Origin: Fibrobacter succinogenes subsp. succinogenes S85
GTDB taxonomy: Bacteria > Fibrobacterota > Fibrobacteria > Fibrobacterales > Fibrobacteraceae
Assembly: GCF_000146505.1 (NCBI RefSeq)
Contig: NC_017448.1
Coordinates: forward strand, 720,001 to 752,000
Reading direction: 5' to 3'
Length of the DNA stretch: 32,000 nucleotides
Shown here: one piece after another, positions 17,646 to 25,236 of the stretch
How positions within the stretch are numbered: the stretch's first letter is position 1
How the letters are laid out: each line of letters begins with the position of its first letter
The notes under the pieces: generated by a model
Told to the model about the DNA's origin: nothing
Seen by the model: only the letters and a program-made list of their open reading frames with translations
Databases searched by the model: none
Program-made: the position numbers and the translations under genes

Positions 17646-17677
17646 CCAGTAATTTTTTTTTCAAAAAAATTACTGGT
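17645..17677. repeat. Perfect 15-bp AT-rich palindrome (hairpin)
   Basis: ACCAGTAATTTTTTT-ttc-AAAAAAATTACTGGT. Confidence 0.7.
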
Positions 17678-17682
17678 AACCC

Positions 17683-17711
17683 TTGACACGTACATCTATT
17701 CATTCTATATT
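17683..17711 (+). promoter_or_regulatory. Sigma-70-type promoter of tRNA-Ala
   Basis: TTGACA, 17-nt spacer, TATATT, 13 nt before the tRNA 5' end. Confidence 0.7.
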
Positions 17712-17724
17712 TGTGCGCGTCCTC

Positions 17725-17797
17725 GGGGTTATAGCTCAGTTGGTAGAGCGCCTGCATGGCATGCAGGAGGTCAGGAGTTCGACTCTCCTTAGCTCCA
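17725..17797 (+). tRNA. tRNA-Ala (anticodon GGC), CCA not encoded
   Basis: Cloverleaf folded by hand: acceptor GGGGTTA/TAGCTCC with the G3:U70 Ala identity pair, D stem GCTC/GAGC, anticodon stem CCTGC/GCAGG with loop ATGGCAT, T arm AGGAG-TTCGACT-CTCCT. Confidence 0.93.
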
Positions 17798-17802
17798 CTA
17801 AA

Positions 17803-17835
17803 AAGACTCGCTAAAAAGCGGGTCTTTTCTTTTTT
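17803..17835 (+). terminator. Intrinsic terminator after tRNA-Ala
   Basis: AAGACTCGC-taaaaa-GCGGGTCTT followed by a T-run. Confidence 0.8.
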
Positions 17836-17959
17836 ACAACATTTTATTTATCCTGTTTACAAAATAAACAACACCCACGATAATTATAGGGAAAAAGGCA
17901 CTACTTTTCCAACAACGTTCGTTACTATAAAATAATATTTTTGTATTTTATTCAACACT

Positions 17960-19975
17960 ATGGTCAGGCTTACAAAAATTTCGTCACTCTTACTCTCCGC
18001 CGGATGTGCTTTAAGCTTTGCCGGCACAGGTTCTAACACCGTCTGCGACGCCTCCAAGATGGATGCGTTTGCCTATGAAGACTGCATCGCCGTACAGAGA
18101 GGCGCCAAGCTCGACAACACAGACTTTTCCGAAAGGGCGGCCCCTCCTCCGGAACTCATCTCGGAATCTTACGTTGAACCGTTTTCGTACGATCCGTTCA
18201 ACCGCGACGCCTATTTAACATCTTCGTTTGGAGAAAACCGCGGCACTCGTTACCATGCAGGTATTGACTACTCCACGCTAATGGAAGAAGGCTGGCCCAT
18301 CTATGCTCCCGAAAACGGTTATGTCAGAGAAATCAAGACATCGCCCTTCGGCTATGGCAAAGTGATGTTCTTCGAAGGCGAAAGTGGCAAGACCTGGGTA
18401 TTCGCACACCAAAGCAGTTTCCCGCAAACCATAGAAAACCTTATCAGTCAAAAACAGTACGCCACCCAAAATAACGATATATCTATCAAGCCCAATCTCA
18501 GGTTCCGCAAGGGCGACACCCTGACCTTCTCTGGGAGCACAGGCATTGGCAATCCGCACTTGCATCTTGAAGTTCGCCTGAATAAAGACATTGTCGTTTC
18601 CCCCTGTCAAGTAGGCGTCAAGTGTTTGGACACCATTGCACCGCAGATTTTCGGTGTTGCCGTTTGGCAAGGCAACGAACTTTCGCTCACGACTGACGAA
18701 GCGCTCCGCAACGGCTGCGTAGAAATCCCGGTCAAGAACGAATTTAACTTGTCCATGGCCATAAAGATTGCCGACTATAGCCGCACGCCCAAAGAAAATC
18801 CGATGGCCATCCGCAGGCTTGAATTGTGGCGCTATGACGACAAGATTTACAGCAAGGTTCTGGACACGCTCAACTACAAAAAGATGATCGACATCCGCAA
18901 CGAGCTCCTTTGGGCCGAAGAAGCGGACACCGCAGGCGACTGGCATTATATCAACGCAAAGCTCGGGCCGATTTCCACCTACAGGCTCGAAATTGAAGAC
19001 TTCAGCGGGCATATCACCAAGCGAGAATTTAACTTCCACCAGTCCTGCAAAACCAACAACGGCAAGTTCGTCCTCACGCAAAACCAGAATACCCCGCTCT
19101 ACACATTCCTGAGCAAGAGCATGCTTGACATTTACCGCTGTGAATCCGGCTACAAGTTCACAGCACTCAATAAGGACAAACAAACTATAAACGGTGACCT
19201 CTGCAAGATTTTTGACCACAGCAAGCCACTCCCCCTCGGCAAAGTCGTCGAAACGTTTCCAGAGACAAGATACATCCAGTATAGCGCGGACGCTTCTTCA
19301 ACCGGAACCGGTCGAGGCGTGAACGAATTAATTTCGATTTATCCTTACGGCAAATACAAGACGAATATCAACTGGTACACCCAAGTCGGCAACGTCAAGA
19401 TTTCACAAAAGATTTCGGGCATTCCAGTCGTAGGAGACACGTCGCAGCGCGTCCTCGCCGTCACGCGCAACCAAACGGATAGCGTAGACTTCTACGAATT
19501 CCACCCGAAGGGATTGCAATTCTACGGTAAGTGGAACGTTTGCATTGAAAACGACGACAACTCCTCCCCGCTTTACTGGCTTGGCGAAACGACTCGCCGC
19601 TGGTTCTACTTTGAAAAGCAGACAGGTTCCAAGAACCGCTGCGCATCCACGAACGAACTCCGAGACTTGGCGAACATCAACGACGAAGACGGTTTCTCAT
19701 TGGGATTCCCCTACTGGACCGAAACGCTCGTCGCAGGCCGTCCTCAGTCGGCACTTAAGATTCCGCTTTATTCTAGATACGCCGGAATCCCCGACGGGAA
19801 CGCCATCACAGTCAAGGCTGGCAAGAAATGGATTGCCGCAGAATACGATTCTGAACCGCGAGAAATCATCCTTTTGGGAGAAGCGCTCCCCGATGCCGGT
19901 GAAACGATTACCGTTGAAATCACAGACGATTCCAAGCGCAAGACCAAGAAGGAAATAACAATTCCGGGATTCTAA
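17960..19975 (+). CDS. Secreted M23-family metallopeptidase with a long uncharacterised C-terminal region
   Basis: Signal peptide. HAGIDY (HxxxD) and GSTGIGNPHLHLEV (HxH) motifs in the N-terminal third. About 450 further residues not recognised. Confidence 0.75.
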   Translation: MVRLTKISSLLLSAGCALSFAGTGSNTVCDASKMDAFAYEDCIAVQRGAKLDNTDFSERAAPPPELISESYVEPFSYDPFNRDAYLTSSFGENRGTRYHAGIDYSTLMEEGWPIYAPENGYVREIKTSPFGYGKVMFFEGESGKTWVFAHQSSFPQTIENLISQKQYATQNNDISIKPNLRFRKGDTLTFSGSTGIGNPHLHLEVRLNKDIVVSPCQVGVKCLDTIAPQIFGVAVWQGNELSLTTDEALRNGCVEIPVKNEFNLSMAIKIADYSRTPKENPMAIRRLELWRYDDKIYSKVLDTLNYKKMIDIRNELLWAEEADTAGDWHYINAKLGPISTYRLEIEDFSGHITKREFNFHQSCKTNNGKFVLTQNQNTPLYTFLSKSMLDIYRCESGYKFTALNKDKQTINGDLCKIFDHSKPLPLGKVVETFPETRYIQYSADASSTGTGRGVNELISIYPYGKYKTNINWYTQVGNVKISQKISGIPVVGDTSQRVLAVTRNQTDSVDFYEFHPKGLQFYGKWNVCIENDDNSSPLYWLGETTRRWFYFEKQTGSKNRCASTNELRDLANINDEDGFSLGFPYWTETLVAGRPQSALKIPLYSRYAGIPDGNAITVKAGKKWIAAEYDSEPREIILLGEALPDAGETITVEITDDSKRKTKKEITIPGF

Positions 19976-20697
19976 AGGTCGCGGTAAAGCGTCAGGCGGC
20001 GCTTACGACCGAGCGCAAGACGGATGAGGTCACGAATCTTGTCGTTCAGACGCGGGAAATCCACCGGATGAACGGCAATACGTGGTACACCGAATGGAAT
20101 TTTCAAAATGCCTTCGGCATAGACAAATGCAGCCTTTTCCGTTGATTTCGGAATACCCGCAAAACTTGCCACAGGAGACGCATAGCGGACACCTTCAGCG
20201 GTAGTCAAAGAAAAGCGGTCTTCGTACAACATTTTTTCTGCACGGACTTGCCCCGGCAAGAACTTGTTGCTAAACCAAGTCGGCGGAACAAAAGCAATTG
20301 GTGCATCCGCATTTCCGTTTTCATCTGCGAATAGCTTTTTCCAAGATTCAAGGGCCGCTTGCAAAAGGCGGCTCGATTCGTACTCGGAAAGTCCCGCAAA
20401 TTCAGCCTCGCCACCCGTGAGGTTCATACCCACGAGACCCACATAACTGCGGCCCTGGCTGAATTCCGCCTTGTGCTTAAAGCCATGCAATGCAAGTTCA
20501 AAACCTTCGGACTTGAGCTTGGCGAGAGCAGCGCGAAAATTTTCAACAGCTTCGTCCGTTGCATTCTCCGTATCAGGAATCACAAGTAAGCTAAAAGGTC
20601 CACCGACTAACTCCTTGAGTTCTTCAAGAATCGGGGTCACTTTCTGGTGGTTCCAGACGCTAAAATCATGAAAACAAAGGAGAAAACGCTTGCACAT
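19972..20697 (-). CDS. DUF2334-like predicted polysaccharide deacetylase
   Basis: N-terminal FHDFS..., LLVIPD, ELALHGFKH pattern resembles DUF2334. Called from memory of the family only. Confidence 0.45.
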   Translation of the reverse strand: MCKRFLLCFHDFSVWNHQKVTPILEELKELVGGPFSLLVIPDTENATDEAVENFRAALAKLKSEGFELALHGFKHKAEFSQGRSYVGLVGMNLTGGEAEFAGLSEYESSRLLQAALESWKKLFADENGNADAPIAFVPPTWFSNKFLPGQVRAEKMLYEDRFSLTTAEGVRYASPVASFAGIPKSTEKAAFVYAEGILKIPFGVPRIAVHPVDFPRLNDKIRDLIRLALGRKRRLTLYRDL

Positions 20698-20750
20698 GGT
20701 TGTGAAGATAGCAATAGTTCGGAAAACTAATTTACTACATTTACCTTACT

Positions 20751-21593
20751 ATGTTCGAATCTATCATTCTCGGCCTGTTGCAGGGCCTCGCCGAATTCCT
20801 CCCCATCTCCAGCTCCGGCCATTTAGTGCTCGGGCACGAACTTTTAGGCATGAACGAAGCAGGCATGTTCTTCGACATCATGCTCCACGCAGGCACACTG
20901 CTTTCAATCTTCGTGGTGTTCCACAAGAAGATTACGGACATCATCGTCGGATGCCTCCGTCGCGATCGCGACCAGCTCCGCGAAGCGGGCTACATCATTC
21001 TTGCAAGCATCCCGACAGCACTCATCGGGCTCGGCTTCAAGGACGCACTCGAAAGCTTGTTCGAAAATCCGCGCGCCGTCTGCGTTGCAGAACTTTTCAC
21101 CGGTCTTTTGCTTTTCACATCGCAGTGGGGCCCGACCGGCGCCAAGCACCCGGATAACGAAGGCGTCAAGATGAACTGGTGGCGCGCACTCGTGACCGGC
21201 ACCGTGCAGGGCATCGCCTGCATCCCGGGCATCAGCCGCAGCGGTTCGACCATCAGCGCTATGATGTTCATGGGCGTGAACCGCAAGTACGCCGGCGAAT
21301 TCAGCTTCCTCATGAGCATTCCGGCCGTTGGCGGTGCAGCACTTCTCGATTGCATCAAGTGGATCAAGTGCCAGACTATGACTCCGGAAAAAGCGCTCCT
21401 CAACCCGGAAAAGGCTTTGAAGTGCGTTGATGCCGGCGGATTCACCCCGGAACTCTTAGTCGGCATGATTGTCGCATTTATCTTTGGAATCATCGCCCTC
21501 AAGTGGCTCATGAACTTTGTCCAAAAAGGCAAGTTCCAGCACTTCGCCTGGTACGTCTGGGCAGTAGGTATTCTTGGATTGATTTTGCTGTAA
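20751..21593 (+). CDS. uppP: Undecaprenyl-diphosphate phosphatase
   Basis: LLQGLAEFLPISSSGHL signature, PGISRSGSTI motif, multiple TM helices. Confidence 0.92.
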   Translation: MFESIILGLLQGLAEFLPISSSGHLVLGHELLGMNEAGMFFDIMLHAGTLLSIFVVFHKKITDIIVGCLRRDRDQLREAGYIILASIPTALIGLGFKDALESLFENPRAVCVAELFTGLLLFTSQWGPTGAKHPDNEGVKMNWWRALVTGTVQGIACIPGISRSGSTISAMMFMGVNRKYAGEFSFLMSIPAVGGAALLDCIKWIKCQTMTPEKALLNPEKALKCVDAGGFTPELLVGMIVAFIFGIIALKWLMNFVQKGKFQHFAWYVWAVGILGLILL

Positions 21594-21610
21594 TAGACTT
21601 TATATGCAAC

Positions 21611-21650
21611 GCGCCCGTTCACAGGATAGTGAGCGGGCGTTTTTGTTTTT
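21611..21650 (+). terminator. Intrinsic terminator of uppP
   Basis: CGCCCGTTCAC-aggata-GTGAGCGGGCG followed by tttttgttttt. Confidence 0.85.
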
Positions 21651-21686
21651 AGAAAATTTTAACGGTAGCTTGTCAAGCAAGGCTCT

Positions 21687-21887
21687 TTATTTGTTATTTC
21701 TAGGGCGAATGTCTTCCTTACGAACTTTGAAGAGTTCAGCTGCTTTTTCAGGAGTCAGAATGCCGGAATCAACCATAAGTTGAGCCGATTCAAGAATTCC
21801 ATCTCCTTTCCCCTGCAGGTAAGACCCCTGTTTTTCGTAAAGCAAATCTGTCATTCCGTCAACCTCATTCAAAAGAGTTTCGTCCAT
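21687..21887 (-). CDS. Small acidic hypothetical protein (66 aa from first ATG; ORF extends to a TTG at 21938)
   Basis: ORF only. TTGACA-18-TATCTT lies 11 nt before the ATG, so the mRNA would be nearly leaderless. No recognisable domain. Confidence 0.3.
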   Translation of the reverse strand: MDETLLNEVDGMTDLLYEKQGSYLQGKGDGILESAQLMVDSGILTPEKAAELFKVRKEDIRPRNNK

Positions 21888-21943
21888 GTACCCTGTCAAA
21901 GATACATCCTTAGCAAAGTCCTTGTCAAGAAGCCTCAAATTTC

Positions 21944-21978
21944 AAAAAAAATAAGGCATATCCAAAAGCTGGCCTTAT
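21944..21978 (-). terminator. Minus-strand intrinsic terminator
   Basis: Minus strand ATAAGGC-14 nt loop-GCCTTAT followed by T7. Confidence 0.55.
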
Positions 21979-22061
21979 AGAGCCTCTTTTGGAGCAACGG
22001 TAAAACCAGAGCATCAAATTTCATCATTTATGGCAGCATTGACTAAATTTGACAAGGATTA

Positions 22062-22090
22062 TTGACATTCCTTGTGAAAAATGGTATATT
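22062..22090 (+). promoter_or_regulatory. Strong orphan sigma-70-type promoter with operator-like palindrome
   Basis: TTGACA, 17-nt spacer, TATATT with TG at -15/-14. The -35 sits in the loop of ACAAGGA (22052-58) / TCCTTGT (22069-75). Confidence 0.6.
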
Positions 22091-22096
22091 AGAAAT

Positions 22097-22192
22097 GCTC
22101 GATAGTCATAATGGGCTGCATCCCGTTCGAATGTCTTGAGAGAAGGCGGTTCCTTTGCAGAGGGCCGCCCTCTACCATTCTAGGTTTTTTGG
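22097..22192 (+). ncRNA. Candidate small non-coding transcript (3' end uncertain)
   Basis: Downstream of the orphan promoter there is no ORF with an RBS. The longest ATG ORF is 29 codons (22111-22200). A 9-bp bulged helix AGAG-aa-GGCGG / CCGCC-CTCT and a T6 run at 22185-22190 are present. Confidence 0.25.
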
Positions 22193-22251
22193 TAATTTAA
22201 AGTTCCAGTCATCCTTTCACCTTATAGTAACTCTTTTTAAACGGGGTTAAA

Positions 22252-22282
22252 GCATAAAAGAGGCCGGATTTTAATCCAGCCT
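22252..22282 (-). terminator. Intrinsic terminator of the mod-res-small ORF unit
   Basis: Minus strand AGGCTGGAT-taaa-ATCCGGCCT then CTTTT. The central pair is G:U on the minus strand but a C/A mismatch on the plus strand. Confidence 0.65.
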
Positions 22283-22305
22283 TAAAAAATTTGCAAGTGG
22301 ACAAT

Positions 22306-22437
22306 TCAGTCCGATATTCCATTGGTCCAAAGCGGTTTTAAAATTTTATTCCAAACAAAGCCCCAAAAGAAGCCCAGAAGCCAAAGCAACGGAGCAACAA
22401 AGAGACATAAGCATGCGCATATAATCAGAAATGTCAT
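22306..22437 (-). CDS. 43-aa hydrophobic small protein (below the ORF-track cutoff)
   Basis: Hand translation: MTFLIICACLCLFVAPLLWLLGFFWGFVWNKILKPLWTNGISD. GGAG-N7-ATG RBS. Lies 100 nt downstream of res on the same strand, followed by the terminator at 22252-22282. Confidence 0.45.
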   Translation of the reverse strand: MTFLIICACLCLFVAPLLWLLGFFWGFVWNKILKPLWTNGISD

Positions 22438-22537
22438 TTTCAATCTCCGCGTTACTTCTTTAATATACATCTTTGGGGATCACTGAGAGTTTTTTTCGCC
22501 TTATATTTTATAGAGCTTTTCAGAAAATTTTAATCAA

Positions 22538-25198
22538 TTACCATTCTTTCAGCGTAGCCAAGAATTCATCCTTGGTGTAGGCATGATCTACTTTACGATG
22601 TTCATACACCAAGCAATAACGATAGTTATTGCCAGCCTTTGACGCCCAAAGATTTCCCAGTTTGATTTTCTTTTCGGCATCAAGATGATCGCCCTTGGTT
22701 TCTAGCATCACGATTTTACCATGTTTTGTCTTTATTATAAAATCGGGATAATGGTTGATAAAGCCATTAATGCAAAAGTCCTTCTTCTCACGGTTACGGG
22801 TCCAAAATTCAACATTTTCAAGATTAGCAACAGCGTTGATTACCGTTTCTTCAAAACCGTTTACATTCTCTTCTTTTTCGTGAAGAGTTTTCGGCAAAGG
22901 TTTTCCTGCAGATGAAAGCGTAAGCTTATCTGCAATACGGTAGTGTTGCCGCAGAATAATTTTATCTTGATCTAGAGTCCGATCAAATTCTGTTTCAATA
23001 TATTCCGCAGCAAGAGCATTTATTTTTTGCTTAATTCGTTCCGCATAAGTACTTTGCGAATTCAACATTTGATTCAAATCTTTGTCATTAAAGTTTGAAA
23101 GGACTCGGCGAATATATTCAATAATATCAGGATCAGGAATCGGATACATATTCCCAATCCAATCACGTAAACGTTCAGCACACTTTTGACGTTTCCGTTC
23201 AACATCTTCAATGTTTGAAAGCCAACGAGTAATTTCTGCTTGCTGATTTTTGCCAACGCTAAAAATAGTCGGTGTAAAATCTTTTTGCGACTCATCTAAA
23301 TCAATGCTTCGCATTTCAACATCAACATTTTCAAAATTAATATTCGTATCGGCATTCCTTAATGGAAAATTTTTGAGCAACATATCCTTATCGAAAGGAG
23401 TGTTCGCTATTCCAAAAAGATCAACATGCAAGCCTTCAACCGCACCCTTCATAAAGAATTTTGGTAAAATGATTTGACTTGCAGAGTCCTTAAAGATGCT
23501 CTTGATTGCGTAAGTTTTCACTTGCTTTTCCATTTCAGGTGGTGCTACCGGAGATGTTCGATTTTCTTCGATACGCTTTTCCAATTCTTCATTTTCCTTT
23601 TGAGCCAAATGCTCTATTTGAGCCATAATACTCGACTGTTGATTTTGCAATTCACTTTTAGCATCACCATGGTCAGAAACAGAAGCTACAGATGCCGGCG
23701 ACAGCGAAGAATCATCCCCATTCCATAATATTGAAGACAAATCAAACTCACCTTCTTTTGAACCGCCATTACTGTCATTTAGCAAACTCATTGAAGCTAT
23801 TGATTCATTCATCGGCATTTCCGTCGGTTCAACAGACTTTTCTAATTCCACTTGTCTATAGTCACTACTGCTAAAACCAGCACGATTTAGTCCTTTCACA
23901 ATGCTGTCAAGTGTTTCACTAAATCTTGCGGAAGCCGTAAACACATAGCTCATGTTAAGCATTACATTTTCATTTTTGCGAACATTAGGCAATCGCAAGA
24001 CTCGTCCTAGAATCTGCTCCACATCAACAGAAGAACTACGATCAGCAAGAGAAGCAAGAATATAGGCAAACGGACAATCCCACCCCTCCTTAAGGGCATT
24101 CACCGTAATAATATAACGGACAGGGCAATCCTTGCTCAACAAATTGACATTCTGCAATTCGTTCTTGTCTGCCGTTTTTATCTTGATTTGTTCCTCTGGG
24201 ATTTTCTTTTCCAGAAGCATCGACTTGACACACTCAAATGTAGCGTTGTCATCTTTCGTTTTAGGTTCCGCCTGGAAAAGGACAATCGGACGAATATAGG
24301 GAGCACCCGATTTTTCAGCCTCAACCGCAGCACTTTCCAATTTCGAACGGAGCTCCAACGCAGAACTTACAACTTCTTCTTTCTTGTGGTGGTTATAGAC
24401 AATCACTGGAAGTTTTACCATATTCTCTTTCTTGAGCTCTATGGCAGGCGTAAAGCTAATGATGTTGCTGTTTTTGCGCGGGGTCGCCGTCAAATCCAAG
24501 ATGAAACTCGGATTCAAGTTCTTTAGCATTTCGACACTCAATTCACTTTCGGCATTATGGCTTTCATCCACAATAACTACCGGATTGAAGGCACGAAGTA
24601 CCGACATTACAGAAATTTCTTCTTCGCCCACATCCTTAGCAAACGATTGTAAATTCCCATTTTCTTCATTGACTTTGCGATCTTCTTTTTTGCGAGCACG
24701 AAGACTGTCAAAACTCAAAATACAAAGAGTCATATTCTCACGAACAGACGATGTATTAAAACCCGCGCCCTGCAAAAGCATTCGCTTATCAAAAACATTC
24801 ACCTTATTTGCAAAATCAGTATTTAACTGTTCGCGATACGGATGCCGTGGGTTGCTAAAATTCCGGATAGTCTGTTCCAAAATAGAATTAGACGGCACTA
24901 GCCATACTGCAATTTTCGGGCGAGCGGGATCAAGTTCCTTGAAAATTGCAGACAACGCATTTGCTGCAATAAAAGTCTTACCACCAGCGGTCGGAACTTT
25001 GATACACACATGCGGACAATTCGGCACATTATTCTTGTAAGGTTCTACAGCTTCGCCAAAAGAAGGTGTTATCGGCGTTCTCGGGTGCAACATCCAAAAG
25101 GCGTTAAAAGCTTCCGCTATATTTCGGCGTTCTTTCAGTTTTTCAAGAAAAAGAGCCAAGTCGTCAATAATCTGTTTTTGATAAGATTTTAAAATCAT
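22538..25198 (-). CDS. res: Type III restriction endonuclease, Res subunit (SF2 helicase plus PD-(D/E)xK nuclease)
   Basis: Motif I PTAGGKTF, motif II VIVDESHN, motif III LDLTATPR, motif VI QILGRVLR, C-terminal YPDF...MLETKG nuclease motif. Immediately downstream of mod. Confidence 0.88.
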   Translation of the reverse strand: MILKSYQKQIIDDLALFLEKLKERRNIAEAFNAFWMLHPRTPITPSFGEAVEPYKNNVPNCPHVCIKVPTAGGKTFIAANALSAIFKELDPARPKIAVWLVPSNSILEQTIRNFSNPRHPYREQLNTDFANKVNVFDKRMLLQGAGFNTSSVRENMTLCILSFDSLRARKKEDRKVNEENGNLQSFAKDVGEEEISVMSVLRAFNPVVIVDESHNAESELSVEMLKNLNPSFILDLTATPRKNSNIISFTPAIELKKENMVKLPVIVYNHHKKEEVVSSALELRSKLESAAVEAEKSGAPYIRPIVLFQAEPKTKDDNATFECVKSMLLEKKIPEEQIKIKTADKNELQNVNLLSKDCPVRYIITVNALKEGWDCPFAYILASLADRSSSVDVEQILGRVLRLPNVRKNENVMLNMSYVFTASARFSETLDSIVKGLNRAGFSSSDYRQVELEKSVEPTEMPMNESIASMSLLNDSNGGSKEGEFDLSSILWNGDDSSLSPASVASVSDHGDAKSELQNQQSSIMAQIEHLAQKENEELEKRIEENRTSPVAPPEMEKQVKTYAIKSIFKDSASQIILPKFFMKGAVEGLHVDLFGIANTPFDKDMLLKNFPLRNADTNINFENVDVEMRSIDLDESQKDFTPTIFSVGKNQQAEITRWLSNIEDVERKRQKCAERLRDWIGNMYPIPDPDIIEYIRRVLSNFNDKDLNQMLNSQSTYAERIKQKINALAAEYIETEFDRTLDQDKIILRQHYRIADKLTLSSAGKPLPKTLHEKEENVNGFEETVINAVANLENVEFWTRNREKKDFCINGFINHYPDFIIKTKHGKIVMLETKGDHLDAEKKIKLGNLWASKAGNNYRYCLVYEHRKVDHAYTKDEFLATLKEW

Positions 25199-25203
25199 GC
25201 TTT

Positions 25204-25231
25204 GTCATTCCCGGCTTGACCGGGAATCTCC
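25204..25231 (+). repeat. 28-nt GTCAT-headed hairpin element in the mod-res intergenic spacer
   Basis: GTCATTCCCGGCTTGACCGGGAATCTCC with 8-bp stem ATTCCCGG/CCGGGAAT. It fills most of the 38-nt mod-res gap. Confidence 0.8.
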
Positions 25232-25236
25232 TTTAT

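Noticed and set aside
17580-17792. 70-aa ORF overlapping the tRNA-Ala gene and its promoter.
   Set aside because: It is explained by the tRNA and the structured ppiB 3' region. It has no RBS.
20690-21157. 155-aa Arg/Pro-rich ORF overlapping uppP in another frame.
   Set aside because: uppP has an unambiguous signature in its own frame, and the alternative-frame product is low complexity.
21938-22030. A possible frameshifted longer gene across the A8/T8 tract (21944-21951), joining a 30-codon upstream ORF (MMKFDALVLPLL...) to the 83-aa ORF.
   Set aside because: I simulated +1 and -1 changes in the homopolymer. Both run into immediate stop codons, so the two frames cannot be fused. The tract is better explained as the U-run of a terminator.
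22118-22135. A GTTCGAAT T-loop-like motif suggesting a tRNA or tmRNA fragment as an integration target. A similar TTCGACTCC lies at 27103-27112.
   Set aside because: The flanking bases do not form a T stem or an acceptor stem, so no cloverleaf can be drawn.
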